This document shows, piece by piece, positions 52,440 through 64,000 of a stretch of DNA of 64,000 bases; the stretch's first letter is position 1; every line of letters begins with the position of its first letter. Position numbers and translations under genes: made by a program. Origin of the DNA: Paramoeba atlantica (Eukaryota > Protista > Discosea). The notes beneath the pieces are model-generated. The model made no database searches, had not been told where the DNA came from, and worked only from the letters and a program-made list of their open reading frames with translations. The stretch is taken from positions 434,001-498,000 of the forward strand of contig CDRNVI010000030.1 in the NCBI GenBank assembly GCA_977017575.1, in the 5' to 3' direction.

Positions 52440-54822
52440 GAACGCTCTAAAGGCAGCTCGCGCAGGGAATCTTGGCAAAGCAACCAGGGTTCTGGACAAC
52501 GTCTATCTCGACTCCTCACTAAGTTTGGACGACAAGGTACGACGGCTGAAAGAATTACACCCTCCTGGCGACCCGCCCCCTGCACCTACTTCGGAATATC
52601 CGCCAGCCGGTGTGGTTGAGTTGGAAGAAGTCCGGATGGCTATAACCAAGCTTGCCCATGGAGCGGCCCCGGGGCCGACAGGCCTCGGTGAGAATATCCT
52701 CCGCCTATTAGCCGACGACAACGAATCCTGTACCGCGCTATGTCACATGCTCAGGGACGTCATCAATGGTGATGTATGCGCATCGGTACGCAACAGATTA
52801 ACTCGATGTAGAATTATTGCCCTTGCGAAACCACAAAACGGCATACGACCAATCGCGATGGGTGATACAGTGCTAAAAATATGCGGTTCCATTCTGTTGC
52901 AACGCCAAGAGGCATCTCTAAAAGGCTTCTTCTATCCCATCCAACGTGGAGTCCTACAGAAAAACGCGTGCGAAAGCATTGTTCACGAACTCCTCAAGGA
53001 CCGCGATTCCGGACACACTATCCTGACAGTAGACTACTCGAACGCGTATAACACTCCACAAAGAGCGGCCATTGCACGGGCACTGCAGCAAAACAGCGCT
53101 TTCAAACCATTTATGCGGATGTTCTACTGCGAATACGGCGACCCCTCGGACTTGCTTTTCTTTGCGAACAACCGCCTCCACACTACGATAAAGAGCACGT
53201 CCGGGGTACGGCAAGGCTCTGCGCTTTCCTCTCTTTACTTTTGTGCACTACTACAAGGAGCGTTGGTGGAACTCGCCGAGTTATTCCCCGAGGTTAAAAT
53301 CCGCGCCTATATGGATGATGTGACGATGTCGTCGAAAAACCGTCTTTCCCTAGAAGCAGCCTTCCTGCAGCTGCGTGAATTATCATCCGACATTGGCCTC
53401 AATATCAACTTCTCGAAATCAGAATGGTTTGATCACGAAGCTACTAAGCAAAACAACGAACAATCATTGGCTCTCAGTTCTTTAGGGGTATCCAAGTGTG
53501 ACAAAACTATCAAAATTCTCGGCGCCTACATTGGGCAACGTGCAGAGATAAGTGCTCTTCTCGTCCGAAAACTTGAGAAACATCAATGTTTATTCCGCAG
53601 GCTACGAAAAATGGGTCCTAGCAACATCTCCCTCGCCATGCTGCAACGATGTGCACTCCCGCGAAACGATTATCACCTTCGAGTTCACCGACCGGCAGAA
53701 TCCCTGGATATGGCACAAAGATTTGACACAGAAATTGCTCATATTGTAAAATATTGGTTCTTCGCAGATGACACTTCCATTCAACTAGCGTCACTACCGC
53801 AACACTTGGGTGGCCTTGGGCTAACTCCTTCTACTCTGAAGCAGCGATACTATTTTGACACCGCACGAAAATCTATTGATGAGCAACTAATTACCCCTAA
53901 AGCTCCGGTAGGTATTCGCATGTCGAAAGATCAAAACAGAGACACGAAACCCATGCAGCAAACAGCTCGAGTACATGCATCCAAAGCCATAAAAAAAGAA
54001 CAAAAAGATCTAGCAACAGACCTACGCAAAGACCCACGATTGGACTCCATTCTGAAGCGAACCACGACGTCATTTCGCCACCTACAATCCACTAGCGGAT
54101 ATGTGAATCCCTACCTTTTCCGATATACCATTATGACCAGGTTGGGAATCAAGCTTCCTTCGATGCCGGAAAGAGCCGAGTGCCCGGGTTGTGCTGCTGA
54201 GATGAGATCGGACGAAATCTTCCAACATATAATCGGATGCACAAAATGCGCAGGAATGAACGCAACAAGAAAGCATTCATCTCTTGTACGGTTCCTAGCA
54301 GATCTGTGCTCTAAAGCGGGCCTCCCCTCTGTAATTGAACCGCGCATGCATGCTTCCTTTTACTGCACAAAATGCAAAGCGCACATTTCTCCAGAATCGA
54401 TTGAGAAGCACCCTTGCCGTGCCCGAAGAATACGCTCTGGCCCCGACCTCGGTATTATGTGGCCACACATGGGCGAAGTACTGTATGACATCACCGTAGT
54501 TCACACCGGAAGCTTAAGCTATCGGAAGATGACTGAAACACAGCTGTTGCAAAATGCGATTGAGAGGAAAAGGAAAAAGTACTTTGAATCCGGCGGGATC
54601 GAAGAAGATTACTTTAAGTGCATTGCAATGACCGAAAGTGGTTCTTTGCACGAACACACACGGAATCTCATAGCCTCCCTCGCTAAGAGAGCGAACCTTA
54701 ACGTTCCTGAAGTTCGTGAGGCATTTCAGCTTGAGATTGAAAAACTCAACGCTTATACAATTGTCTCACAGCTCCGTGACCTCCTACCGCGAGCTTCATG
54801 GCTCGGTTCTATGAAAGCTTGA
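52440..54822 (+). CDS. 5'-truncated group-A CRE with uninterrupted RT + Zn + RLE (765 aa from first start)
   Basis: YMDD, GVRQGS, GPDLGIMW..YDITVVH. Confidence 0.92.
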
Positions 54823-55243
54823 AAAGGACGATAGGACACAAGTTTGCGTGATAATCTTTTTTGTTGGTGTTTCAGAAATGCGAAATATGAGTTTACGATA
54901 TGAAATTTAGGATACTATAACTGAAGTTCTAATTTTTGTGGATGGGGGTATTGCACGTCCTTTCCCAAGCATATTCCCCCATCCCCTGTTTATGCACCCC
55001 TCGTTTATACACCCCCCAATAAATACTGTAACTTAAGGCAGGTTGAATTATTAGTTTTGGGCTACAACATATGGGAAGGTTATGTACACGACGTTGATGC
55101 GTCGTTGCACAATCTTTAGAGCGAAATGATATTTAGGTTCATCGTTCAGAAATTCTTCGGGTGCGTCTAGTGGCGTTGGTGCATTGATTTGTGTGGTGCA
55201 AACGGTGTGGTGTAATTGCTCGTGCGGTCTAGTAGCGCAGTCC

Positions 55244-55392
55244 GGGGAGGGGGGGCACTCGATGAATATTCATCGAACGCACTGTCCGTTCGATGAATAT
55301 TCATCGAACAGGACATCCTGTTCGATGAATGGATTGCAGTACGACCCGTTCGATGAATCATTCATCGAACAGGATGTCCTGTTCGATGAATG
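55244..55392. mobile_element. single end of a related TIR family (GGGGAGGGGGGGCAC + TCGATGAATATTCATCGA array)
   Basis: Terminus and palindromes resemble T1/T4; partner end not found. Confidence 0.65.
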
Positions 55393-56076
55393 AAAACGCA
55401 ATTTTTTTTTGTAAAAAAAAAGCTCGTTTCGGTCTGCATCATGCTCGTGGCTGCTACTTTGATCCGTAAGACAAAAACAAATCCGAAACGTTATCAAAAA
55501 GCGGAAGGATTCTTAAAACTATTGCCTCATAAGTTTACAAAGATAAAATCATAACTTACAAATACACAAACCTAGCAAAAGCAGGGACGCGTTGTTGGCA
55601 CCCATCTTTTTAAGACGTCTGAATATCGTATGGTGTTTTTCCAGCGTTCGGATTAATTCGGATCCTATGCGCTGTTCCTCCCCAACGAATGCACCCAGTA
55701 CTTTAATGACTTCGCTCTCTGTACGCACACCTTCTTCTTTGAGTGTTGATGGAATGGGGGCGTCGCTTTTCCCTTCAAACCAGATGCATTTTTCGTTATT
55801 GAGTTGAATTCCTTTAGTGAGAAGTTTTTTTTTTACAAACCGTCACTTCGGTTATAGCGGGACATGCAACATATTGCAACATGAATCGTTTTGCCTTGGA
55901 TTGGTTCTGGTCCTTTATAAAAAGTGTGTTCTTTATAAAAAGTGTGTTCTTTATAAAATTTTGTTTAGTGTCACTGTCTGTGAACATTCATCTCAGTTTC
56001 TTTTCATAGACTTTCAGTCGTCTAAACTTCAACTCTTATATCAATAGTCAACGCCTACCGAAAAACTCGCACGTGC

Positions 56077-57376
56077 CTAAAAAGCCGTATTGTCCACTTG
56101 AGTTGTGGCTATGTATTTGCGGAGTTGGGACATCACCACTGAACCGTTAAGTTCCTGTAGTCGAAGGGTGAAATCCTGTACTACGAAGTCCCGTTCGAGT
56201 CCACATGCATCAGCCAGGGTTGTGATAAGCGCTTTGGTGTTGCTGTGCATTGCACCGCCGGAGAGCATTGGTACACATTGGAATTGCTCATTAGGAATAA
56301 GCTTAGACGCCACGTATTTGGAGACTTTGCGTTTTATGGCATCACGGAAAAGCTGAGCGGTGCTACGTCCAACATTTGATTGCGATAGCTCGTGGACGAT
56401 GGTGAAATCGTAGTATACATCTCCGCTTGCCCAATGAATCACGATATCTGGGCCCGAATGATAAAAAGATCCGGATCCGCAGGTTCTTAGGTGATGGGAT
56501 TTGCCGTCGCCATCCACGCTTGCTCCACATTTTGCGCAAGTATAGGTGGAGAACTGTCTGGGTTCCAGCTCACAGGGCAGACCTGATTTTATGCATAATT
56601 CATAAATATTCCGAACCATCCTGTTGTGCTTTGCCGTTGCGTTATTGCCTGAACATTTGACGCACCCGGACACGTGCGTGAGCGCTGTACGGGGGGTAAG
56701 TAATGCATGGCACCCTGGACACTGTAAATTGGAGGGGAGGCTCGGATGTGCAATCCCAATGCGTGAGAAGCAGGGTTTGTAACCGGTGGTATGATTAGAT
56801 CTCGAGTTGATGTGATTTTAATTTTCAGACTGCTACTTTTTTGGCTTTCGGGCGATGGATGCGGATTCGCTGGCGCGATAGAATTGTGGGCGGGAGGGGG
56901 AGAGAGTGGACGCGGCAATGGTGGACGGGACGGCTGAGCCCGCGTCGCTGTGTGGATCGGCTCGTGCGGCCGAGGAACTGAGGACGATCGTGACGAATTT
57001 ACCGCCGCGTATGCCTCGTGAGCTAAATTGGGGGAGAGTGGGCGAGGCAGTGGCGGAGTTGTTATCTGCGCCCGCGGCGATGTGTCGGACGGCGTGCGCA
57101 GCAGAGAAGGCAATCGCGGCAGCGGCGGAGGAGAAGTTCGTTGTGAGGGTGTCTTTCGTGGTGCTGAATGGGGTGGCTGTTGTTGTTGTGGCGGCGGCGG
57201 CGACGACGGTGGTGGGGGGGCACGGGTTTCCGATGGTTGTTCCTCCGGCTTTTTCTTTCGGCGTGTGGGCGGTAGCGGTTGGACAACGGGAGCTAATCCC
57301 GTTTCTTTCGCCCGGCTGCGGGTGAACATTCCCATCAGTAAGACTAAAAAAAAAAAAAACAACAACAACAACAAGG
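56077..57376 (-). pseudogene. duplicate of the 48286-49585 chimera
   Basis: Offset 7791. Confidence 0.75.
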
Positions 57377-57856
57377 ATCAGGATCCAAGCATCATTGATC
57401 AGGATCCTCAGCATTGACGCCATGAAACTCCACCGAGTCCCTAGGTACGAACCTCAAACCATGGAGAGTGCAGCAGGTGATGCTGAAGAAGTTGACCACG
57501 GAGTTGATTTAGAACCGCTACCGCCTTTCGCACAAATTGACTCGGCTTTCTCTGTGCACGTAGTTACCATTTTTCGTTCCATCATCAAAGACTATCCAAG
57601 ACTAGAACTGACATCGGAGAAGGAAGCAGTCTGGCATAAATTTCTGAACGCGCCCCGCGATTCGCTACTCACAGTCCGGAAAGCTATACGTCGACGCGAA
57701 AGTGTACCACACTTACCAAAGAACGCGAAACCCGAAGCAGTGGACAATCTGACCGAAGAAGAACAGAAGGAACTCGAAATTGACCGGCGCTCAATCAATA
57801 ATTCGATTACCTTCACAAGATCTATTAATGAAAATAATAAGATTCGTTCCTTTAGA

Positions 57857-58554
57857 TTTTTTTTTTTTGCAAATAATTGGGGGGAATAGTATTGAGTCTA
57901 ACTTTTTATGTATGGAGTCCAACTTTTCCACAATTTCCACACTTACGGCCCTTCACTTTCCCTTACTCCCCATACTTTCCACACCTACTCCTCTTAGCCC
58001 TCTCGTACTTCCCTTCCCTCACTCCCTACCCCACTCACCGATCCGCATGCACCCAGGCCCATATGGTCCTGCACCTCCGCTCCCACCCCGTTAGCAGTAA
58101 TAAATACTTTTGGTTGCCGTACGAGGGTGGGAGACGTGGAGGCCACGAAACACAAAGACGTCGTCACGCCGAGGGAGAAGAGCGCGGAGAGAGACACGGG
58201 GCGACTGACGCAGGGGCGAGAGGAGGCGAAGCACGGGCCCATCTGCCAGGAACTCTGCCCCCACCCCGTGAGCAAGTATTGTATACTTTTGGCTGCTGAC
58301 ACGGGGGTGGGGGACGCGAGAGAGAAACACAACCGGGGGGGCAAGCGCACTGCGGAGGGAGGGTGAGGTGGGGGGATGCGGCGCAGGGGGGTGATGGGAC
58401 GAGACGGGGAAGGGGGATGCCGACAAAAAGGAGTGTATTTGAGGGGGGTGCCCTCCCATGGTCTGGAAGATGGTGTATGGAAGAAAAGGGGAAATAATTC
58501 AACAAGGTACAGAAACTGTATCTTTATCGTTAAAGATGTATCTTATCGTTAAAG
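57857..58554 (-). pseudogene. duplicate of the SL-headed processed retrocopy
   Basis: SL at 58500-58537; TSD TTTAGA at 57851 and 58555. Confidence 0.8.
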
Positions 58555-58739
58555 TTTAGATTTTTTTTTTTTTTTTTTACGAAACTCCTCAAGAATCAGT
58601 GCAAGCAGTGATAATATTGCCTTCCTTTGCAATTTTTATTCTTTTTATATATTTTTGAGTGGGAATTCGCTATAGATATTATGTATATAATAATACATTA
58701 ATAGGCATTGAGAAACGAAACTATGTTGATACATTTGGC

Positions 58740-60210
58740 TCAAATGCTGTACCTGCTGCTGCCTTGCGGGGATAAGTGGTTCCGCAACTGGGCGTACACT
58801 TCCGTCCCATTCAGTTCCTGAAGTAGGAGCTTGAACTCCATTTCAGTTGCTCGACGATTTAAGAGTGCCGCGTCGGATAGGACATGCAACAGAGATCTCG
58901 TATTTTGATGAAGAGAGCCGCAGGACAGCACTGGGATGCACTGAAATGCGAAGTCGGGAATTTTTCCGGATGTCACATATGTATCCCGTTTCCGCTTGAT
59001 TGCATCTGTAAGAAGCTGGGAACAAGATTTCGCTTGATTGGAGTTCGATAGCTCGTGCACCACAGTTAGATCATAAAATATTTCCCCGGTTGACCAATAT
59101 ATCATTTTTTGATGACACTTGTCCCCTCGAAACCAGCAAAGCCTCAAAGTAAAAAAGAACAGTTCCCGGATCAATTATTGTATACGCGCCAATTGTTGTC
59201 AAACGTGATGAAGAATCAATGCAGAAGTAGCAGTATCTAATATATTCGAAAGGACCTAATATATTCGAAGGCAACTAATCAATACTTATTTGTACGGAGA
59301 TATACGTGTGGTAGTGAACTCTTTTAGAGTCGTAAACTCCCAATCCACTTTTCATCGGTGATGTAATCTCGGAGTTGAGACACTACCGTGTAAGCCGATA
59401 GCTTTTCAAGTTCCAGCTGAAAAGCCTCACGCACGTTTTCATATTTTCGATTCGCGCGCTGAGCCAACGCCTTTAATAGTTGTTTTGTGTCGTTGTGCAA
59501 CACACCACAATCTGAGGCGGCGATGCAACGAAATGCCTCACTGTCCACACCTTTCTCTGTCACATATTTCTTGAACTTCCTTTCCTGGGCTTGCTGCAGT
59601 AGGTAGTTGCTTGTTTGTTTCTTGTAACTGTTGCAGCAAGTGTGAACCACTGTGAAATCATAGAGGACTTCTCCCATATGGGGCCACATGATAGCGAGGT
59701 CGGGGCCAGATCGAATCCTGCGCGCCTTACATGGATGTTGGTCAGAAACCTCCGCAGAAATAGAGCATTTACACTTTGTACAATAAAATGAGGAGTGAAT
59801 TCGCGGTTCGATAACACACGGAAGTCCTGCCTTCGCGCACAAGTCAGCTAGATAGCGCACGATGTGAGAGTGTTTACGAGTGCAGTTCATACCTGAGCAT
59901 CTCGAGCATCCTGCGATATGTGGAATAATACTAGAAGATGTTTCTGGACCACAGCATCCCGGGCATACGACGTTTATATATATCACCAAATCAGGCCCTG
60001 AGCGAAACAGCTGACGTCCGGCACATGTTTTGTCATGAATCATTTTGTTGCTTGGAAACACTTTATTCTTGCAAATTCCGCATTGCCAAGTCGAAAAAGA
60101 TCGCGGTTCTTTCTCACATTGTATACCGGCCTTTTGCGCCAAATCGAAGATATACTTAACCAGCCGATTGTGCTTCACTGTGGCATTAAGCCCTGTACAT
60201 TGGACGCATC
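58740..60210 (-). pseudogene. duplicates of the CRE fragments 50950-51315 and 51534-52420
   Basis: Offset 7790. Confidence 0.85.
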
Positions 60211-60229
60211 CGGGAACGCTCTAAATCCG

Positions 60230-62612
60230 GAACGCTCTAAAGGCAGCTCGCGCAGGGAATCTTGGCAAAGCAACCAGGGTTCTGGACAACGTCTATCTCG
60301 ACTCCTCACTAAGTTTGGACGACAAGGTACGACGGCTGAAAGAATTACACCCTCCTGGCGACCCGCCCCCTGCACCTACTTCGGAATATCCGCCAGCCGG
60401 TGTGGTTGAGTTGGAAGAAGTCCGGATGGCTATAACCAAGCTTGCCCATGGAGCGGCCCCGGGGCCGACAGGCCTCGGTGAGAATATCCTCCGCCTATTA
60501 GCCGACGACAACGAATCCTGTACCGCGCTATGTCACATGCTCAGGGACGTCATCAATGGTGATGTATGCGCATCGGTACGCAACAGATTAACTCGATGTA
60601 GAATTATTGCCCTTGCGAAACCACAAAACGGCATACGACCAATCGCGATGGGTGATACAGTGCTAAAAATATGCGGTTCCATTCTGTTGCAACGCCAAGA
60701 GGCATCTCTAAAAGGCTTCTTCTATCCCATCCAACGTGGAGTCCTACAGAAAAACGCGTGCGAAAGCATTGTTCACGAACTCCTCAAGGACCGCGATTCC
60801 GGACACACTATCCTGACAGTAGACTACTCGAACGCGTATAACACTCCACAAAGAGCGGCCATTGCACGGGCACTGCAGCAAAACAGCGCTTTCAAACCAT
60901 TCATGCGGATGTTCTACTGCGAATACGGCGACCCCTCGGACTTGCTTTTCTTTGCGAACAACCGCCTCCACACTACGATAAAGAGCACGTCCGGGGTACG
61001 GCAAGGCTCTGCGCTTTCCTCTCTTTACTTTTGTGCACTACTACAAGGAGCGTTGGTGGAACTCGCCGAGTTATTCCCCGAGGTTAAAATCCGCGCCTAT
61101 ATGGATGATGTGACGATGTCGTCGAAAAACCGTCTTTCCCTAGAAGCAGCCTTCCTGCAGCTGCGTGAATTATCATCCGACATTGGCCTCAATATCAACT
61201 TCTCGAAATCAGAATGGTTTGATCACGAAGCTACTAAGCAAAACAACGAACAATCATTGGCTCTCAGTTCTTTAGGGGTATCCAAGTGTGACAAAACTAT
61301 CAAAATTCTCGGCGCCTACATTGGGCAACGTGCAGAGATAAGTGCTCTTCTCGTCCGAAAACTTGAGAAACATCAATGTTTATTCCGCAGGCTACGAAAA
61401 ATGGGTCCTAGCAACATCTCCCTCGCCATGCTGCAACGATGTGCACTCCCGCGAAACGATTATCACCTTCGAGTTCACCGACCGGCAGAATCCCTGGATA
61501 TGGCACAAAGATTTGACACAGAAATTGCTGATATTGTAAAATATTGGTTCTTCGCAGATGACACTTCCATTCAACTAGCGTCACTACCGCAACACTTGGG
61601 TGGCCTTGGGCTAACTCCTTCTACTCTGAAGCAGCGATACTATTTTGACACCGCACGAAAATCTATTGATGAGCAACTAATTACCCCTAAAGCTCCGGTA
61701 GGTATTCGCATGTCGAAAGATCAAAACAGAGACACGAAACCCATGCAGCAAACAGCTCGAGTACATGCATCCCAAGCCATAAAAAAAGAACAAAAAGATC
61801 TAGCAACAGACCTACGCAAAGACCCACGATTGGACTCCATTCTGAAGCGAACCACGACGTCATTTCGCCACCTACAATCCACTAGCGGATATGTGAATCC
61901 CTACCTTTTCCGATATACCATTATGACCAGGTTGGGAATCAAGCTTCCTTCGATGCCGGAAAGAGCCGAGTGCCCGGGTTGTGCTGCTGAGATGAGATCG
62001 GACGAAATCTTCCAACATATAATCGGATGCACAAAATGCGCAGGAATGAACGCAACAAGAAAGCATTCATCTCTTGTACGGTTCCTAGCAGATCTGTGCT
62101 CTAAAGCGGGCCTCCCCTCTGTGATTGAACCGCGCATGCATGCTTCCTTTTACTGCACAAAATGCAAAGCGCACATTTCTCCAGAATCGATTGAGAAGCA
62201 CCCTTGCCGTGCCCGAAGAATACGCTCTGGCCCCGACCTCGGTATTATGTGGCCACACATGGGCGAAGTACTGTATGACATCACCGTAGTTCACACCGGA
62301 AGCTTAAGCTATCGGAAGATGACTGAAACACAGCTGTTGCAAAATGCGATTGAGAGGAAAAGGAAAAAGTACTTTGAATCCGGCGGGATCGAAGAAGATT
62401 ACTTTAAGTGCATTGCAATGACCGAAAGTGGTTCTTTGCACGAACACACACGGAATCTCATAGCCTCCCTCGCTAAGAGAGCGAACCTTAACGTTCCTGA
62501 AGTTCGTGAGGCATTTCAGCTTGAGATTGAAAAACTCAACGCTTATACAATTGTCTCACAGCTCCGTGACCTCCTACCGCGAGCTTCATGGCTCGGTTCT
62601 ATGAAAGCTTGA
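60230..62612 (+). CDS. duplicate 5'-truncated group-A CRE ORF
   Basis: Two amino-acid differences seen versus 52525-54822 (H/D, K/Q). Confidence 0.92.
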
Positions 62613-63108
62613 AAAGGACGATAGGACACAAGTTTGCGTGATAATCTTTTTTGTTGGTGTTTCAGAAATGCGAAATATGAGTTTACGATATGAAATTTAG
62701 GATACTATAACTGAAGTTCTAATTTTTGTGGATGGGGGTATTGCACGTCCTTTCCCAAGCATATTCCCCCATCCCCTGTTTATGCACCCCTCGTTTATAC
62801 ACCCCCCAATAAATACTGTAACTTAAGGCAGGTTGAATTATTAGTTTTGGGCTACAACATATGGGAAGGTTATGTACACGACGTTGATGCGTCGTTGCAC
62901 AATCTTTAGAGCGAAATGATATTTAGGTTCATCGTTCAGAAATTCTTCGGGTGCGTCTAGTGGCGTTGGTGCATTGATTTGTGTGGTGCAAACGGTGTGG
63001 TGTAATTGCTCGTGCGGTCTAGTAGCGCAGTCCTCTGCCTTCTTCGTTTCTTCTGCCTTTCGGCGAGCCGTTTCTTCTGCCTTCAGTCTTCTGCGTCGTT
63101 GCCCGTTA

Positions 63109-63257
63109 GGGGAGGGGGGGCACTCGATGAATATTCATCGAACGCACTGTCCGTTCGATGAATATTCATCGAACAGGACATCCTGTTCGATGAATGGATT
63201 GCAGTACGACCCGTTCGATGAATCATTCATCGAACAGGACATCCTGTTCGATGAATG
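63109..63257. mobile_element. duplicate single TIR end
   Basis: Same as 55244-55392. Confidence 0.65.
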
Positions 63258-63477
63258 AAAACGCAATTTTTTTTTGTAAAAAAAAAGCTCGTTTCGGTCT
63301 GCATCATGCTCGTGGCTGCTACTTTGATCCGTAAGACAAAAACAAATCCGAAACGTTATCAAAAAGCGGAAGGATTCTTAAAACTATTGCCTCATAAGTT
63401 TACAAAGATAAAATCATAACTTACAAATACACAAACCTAGCAAAAGCAGGGACGCGTTGTTGGCACCCATCTTTTTA

Positions 63478-64000
63478 AAACTGCAATTTCAAAGTTCGGA
63501 AGATGCACCGATTATCGCAGGAATAGCCGTACAAGAATTAAGATGTGCAAGTAGACGACTGGCAAAAGGTGTGAGCCCTGGGCCTACAGGTACGACCGAC
63601 AGCATCGTTAGACTTCTCATAGACGACGAGCCATGTTGCAATAGTCTTTGTCACATGATGAGCGATCTGATCAACGGATTCCTATCTAGACAAGTTCTAC
63701 AGCGTCTAAATCGGGCAAGACTCGTAGCCATCGACAAGCCCAACGGGGGAGTACGCCCAGTAGCCATTGGAGAAATATTTAGCAAATTAGCTGGAATAAT
63801 TCTGCTGCAAAGATACGAAAAGTCACTGGAACCCCTCTTTGCACCAATGCAACAAGGCGTATTCTCTCAAGCGGGGTGCGAACGAATCGTACACAAGTTG
63901 CGGGACCGCTGGCTTGACGGACACTCAATCCTGACCGTGGATATGCAAAATGCATTCAACTCACCCTCACGAGAGGAAATTGCAAAGTGCGTTTTTGCTT
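63478..64000 (+). pseudogene. group-B CRE RT fragment running off the window
   Basis: DAPIIAG..GVSPGPTGTTD..RPVAIGE..DMQNAFN (my translation; absent from the ORF track). Confidence 0.88.

Larger units (their letters stand above)
47764..55572. repeat. ~7.8-kb tandem duplication unit 1
   Basis: ORFs offset by 7790-7809 bp from unit 2. Confidence 0.95.
55573..63437. repeat. ~7.8-kb tandem duplication unit 2; a third unit starts at 63438 and stops after ~41 bp
   Basis: Near-identical to unit 1; differs by a few SNPs, one 18-bp repeat and a 75-bp indel. Confidence 0.95.

Noticed and set aside
52522-52533. ACAAGGTAC match to the SL (also 60312)
   Set aside because: Lies within coding DKVR of a CRE ORF; chance 9-mer.

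Overview
This is eukaryotic DNA, most likely from a euglenozoan or kinetoplastid-like protist. The evidence is a recurring 38-39 nt sequence, (A)ATCTTTAACGATAAAGATACAGTTTCTGTACCTTGTTG, which shares GATACAGTTTCTGTAC with trypanosomatid spliced leaders (SL). The window is almost entirely a nest of mobile elements. (1) There are more than 15 copies or fragments of CRE/SLACS-like non-LTR retrotransposons (RT + Zn motifs + restriction-like endonuclease) in two subgroups, here called A and B; two have intact ORFs (18680-22507, 23501-26986). (2) There are two complete gag-YR-RT/RNaseH tyrosine-recombinase retrotransposons (VIPER/TATE-type ORF order), one nested in the other. A broken third YR gene carries a 1.08-kb non-autonomous split-direct-repeat element. 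(3) A family of non-autonomous TIR DNA elements has GGCTA...TACCC ends, 8-9 bp TSDs and palindrome arrays. (4) One tRNA-headed SINE has a 14-bp TSD. (5) Several SL-headed retrocopies of trans-spliced RNAs are present, including an Ataxin-2/PBP1 LsmAD-domain mRNA. (6) A recent ~7.8-kb tandem duplication spans 47764-63437. Insertion order can be reconstructed because interrupted reading frames rejoin when the inserts are removed. No rRNA, functional tRNA, CRISPR array or in-situ housekeeping gene was seen. All protein assignments come from motif recognition by eye; no database search was run.
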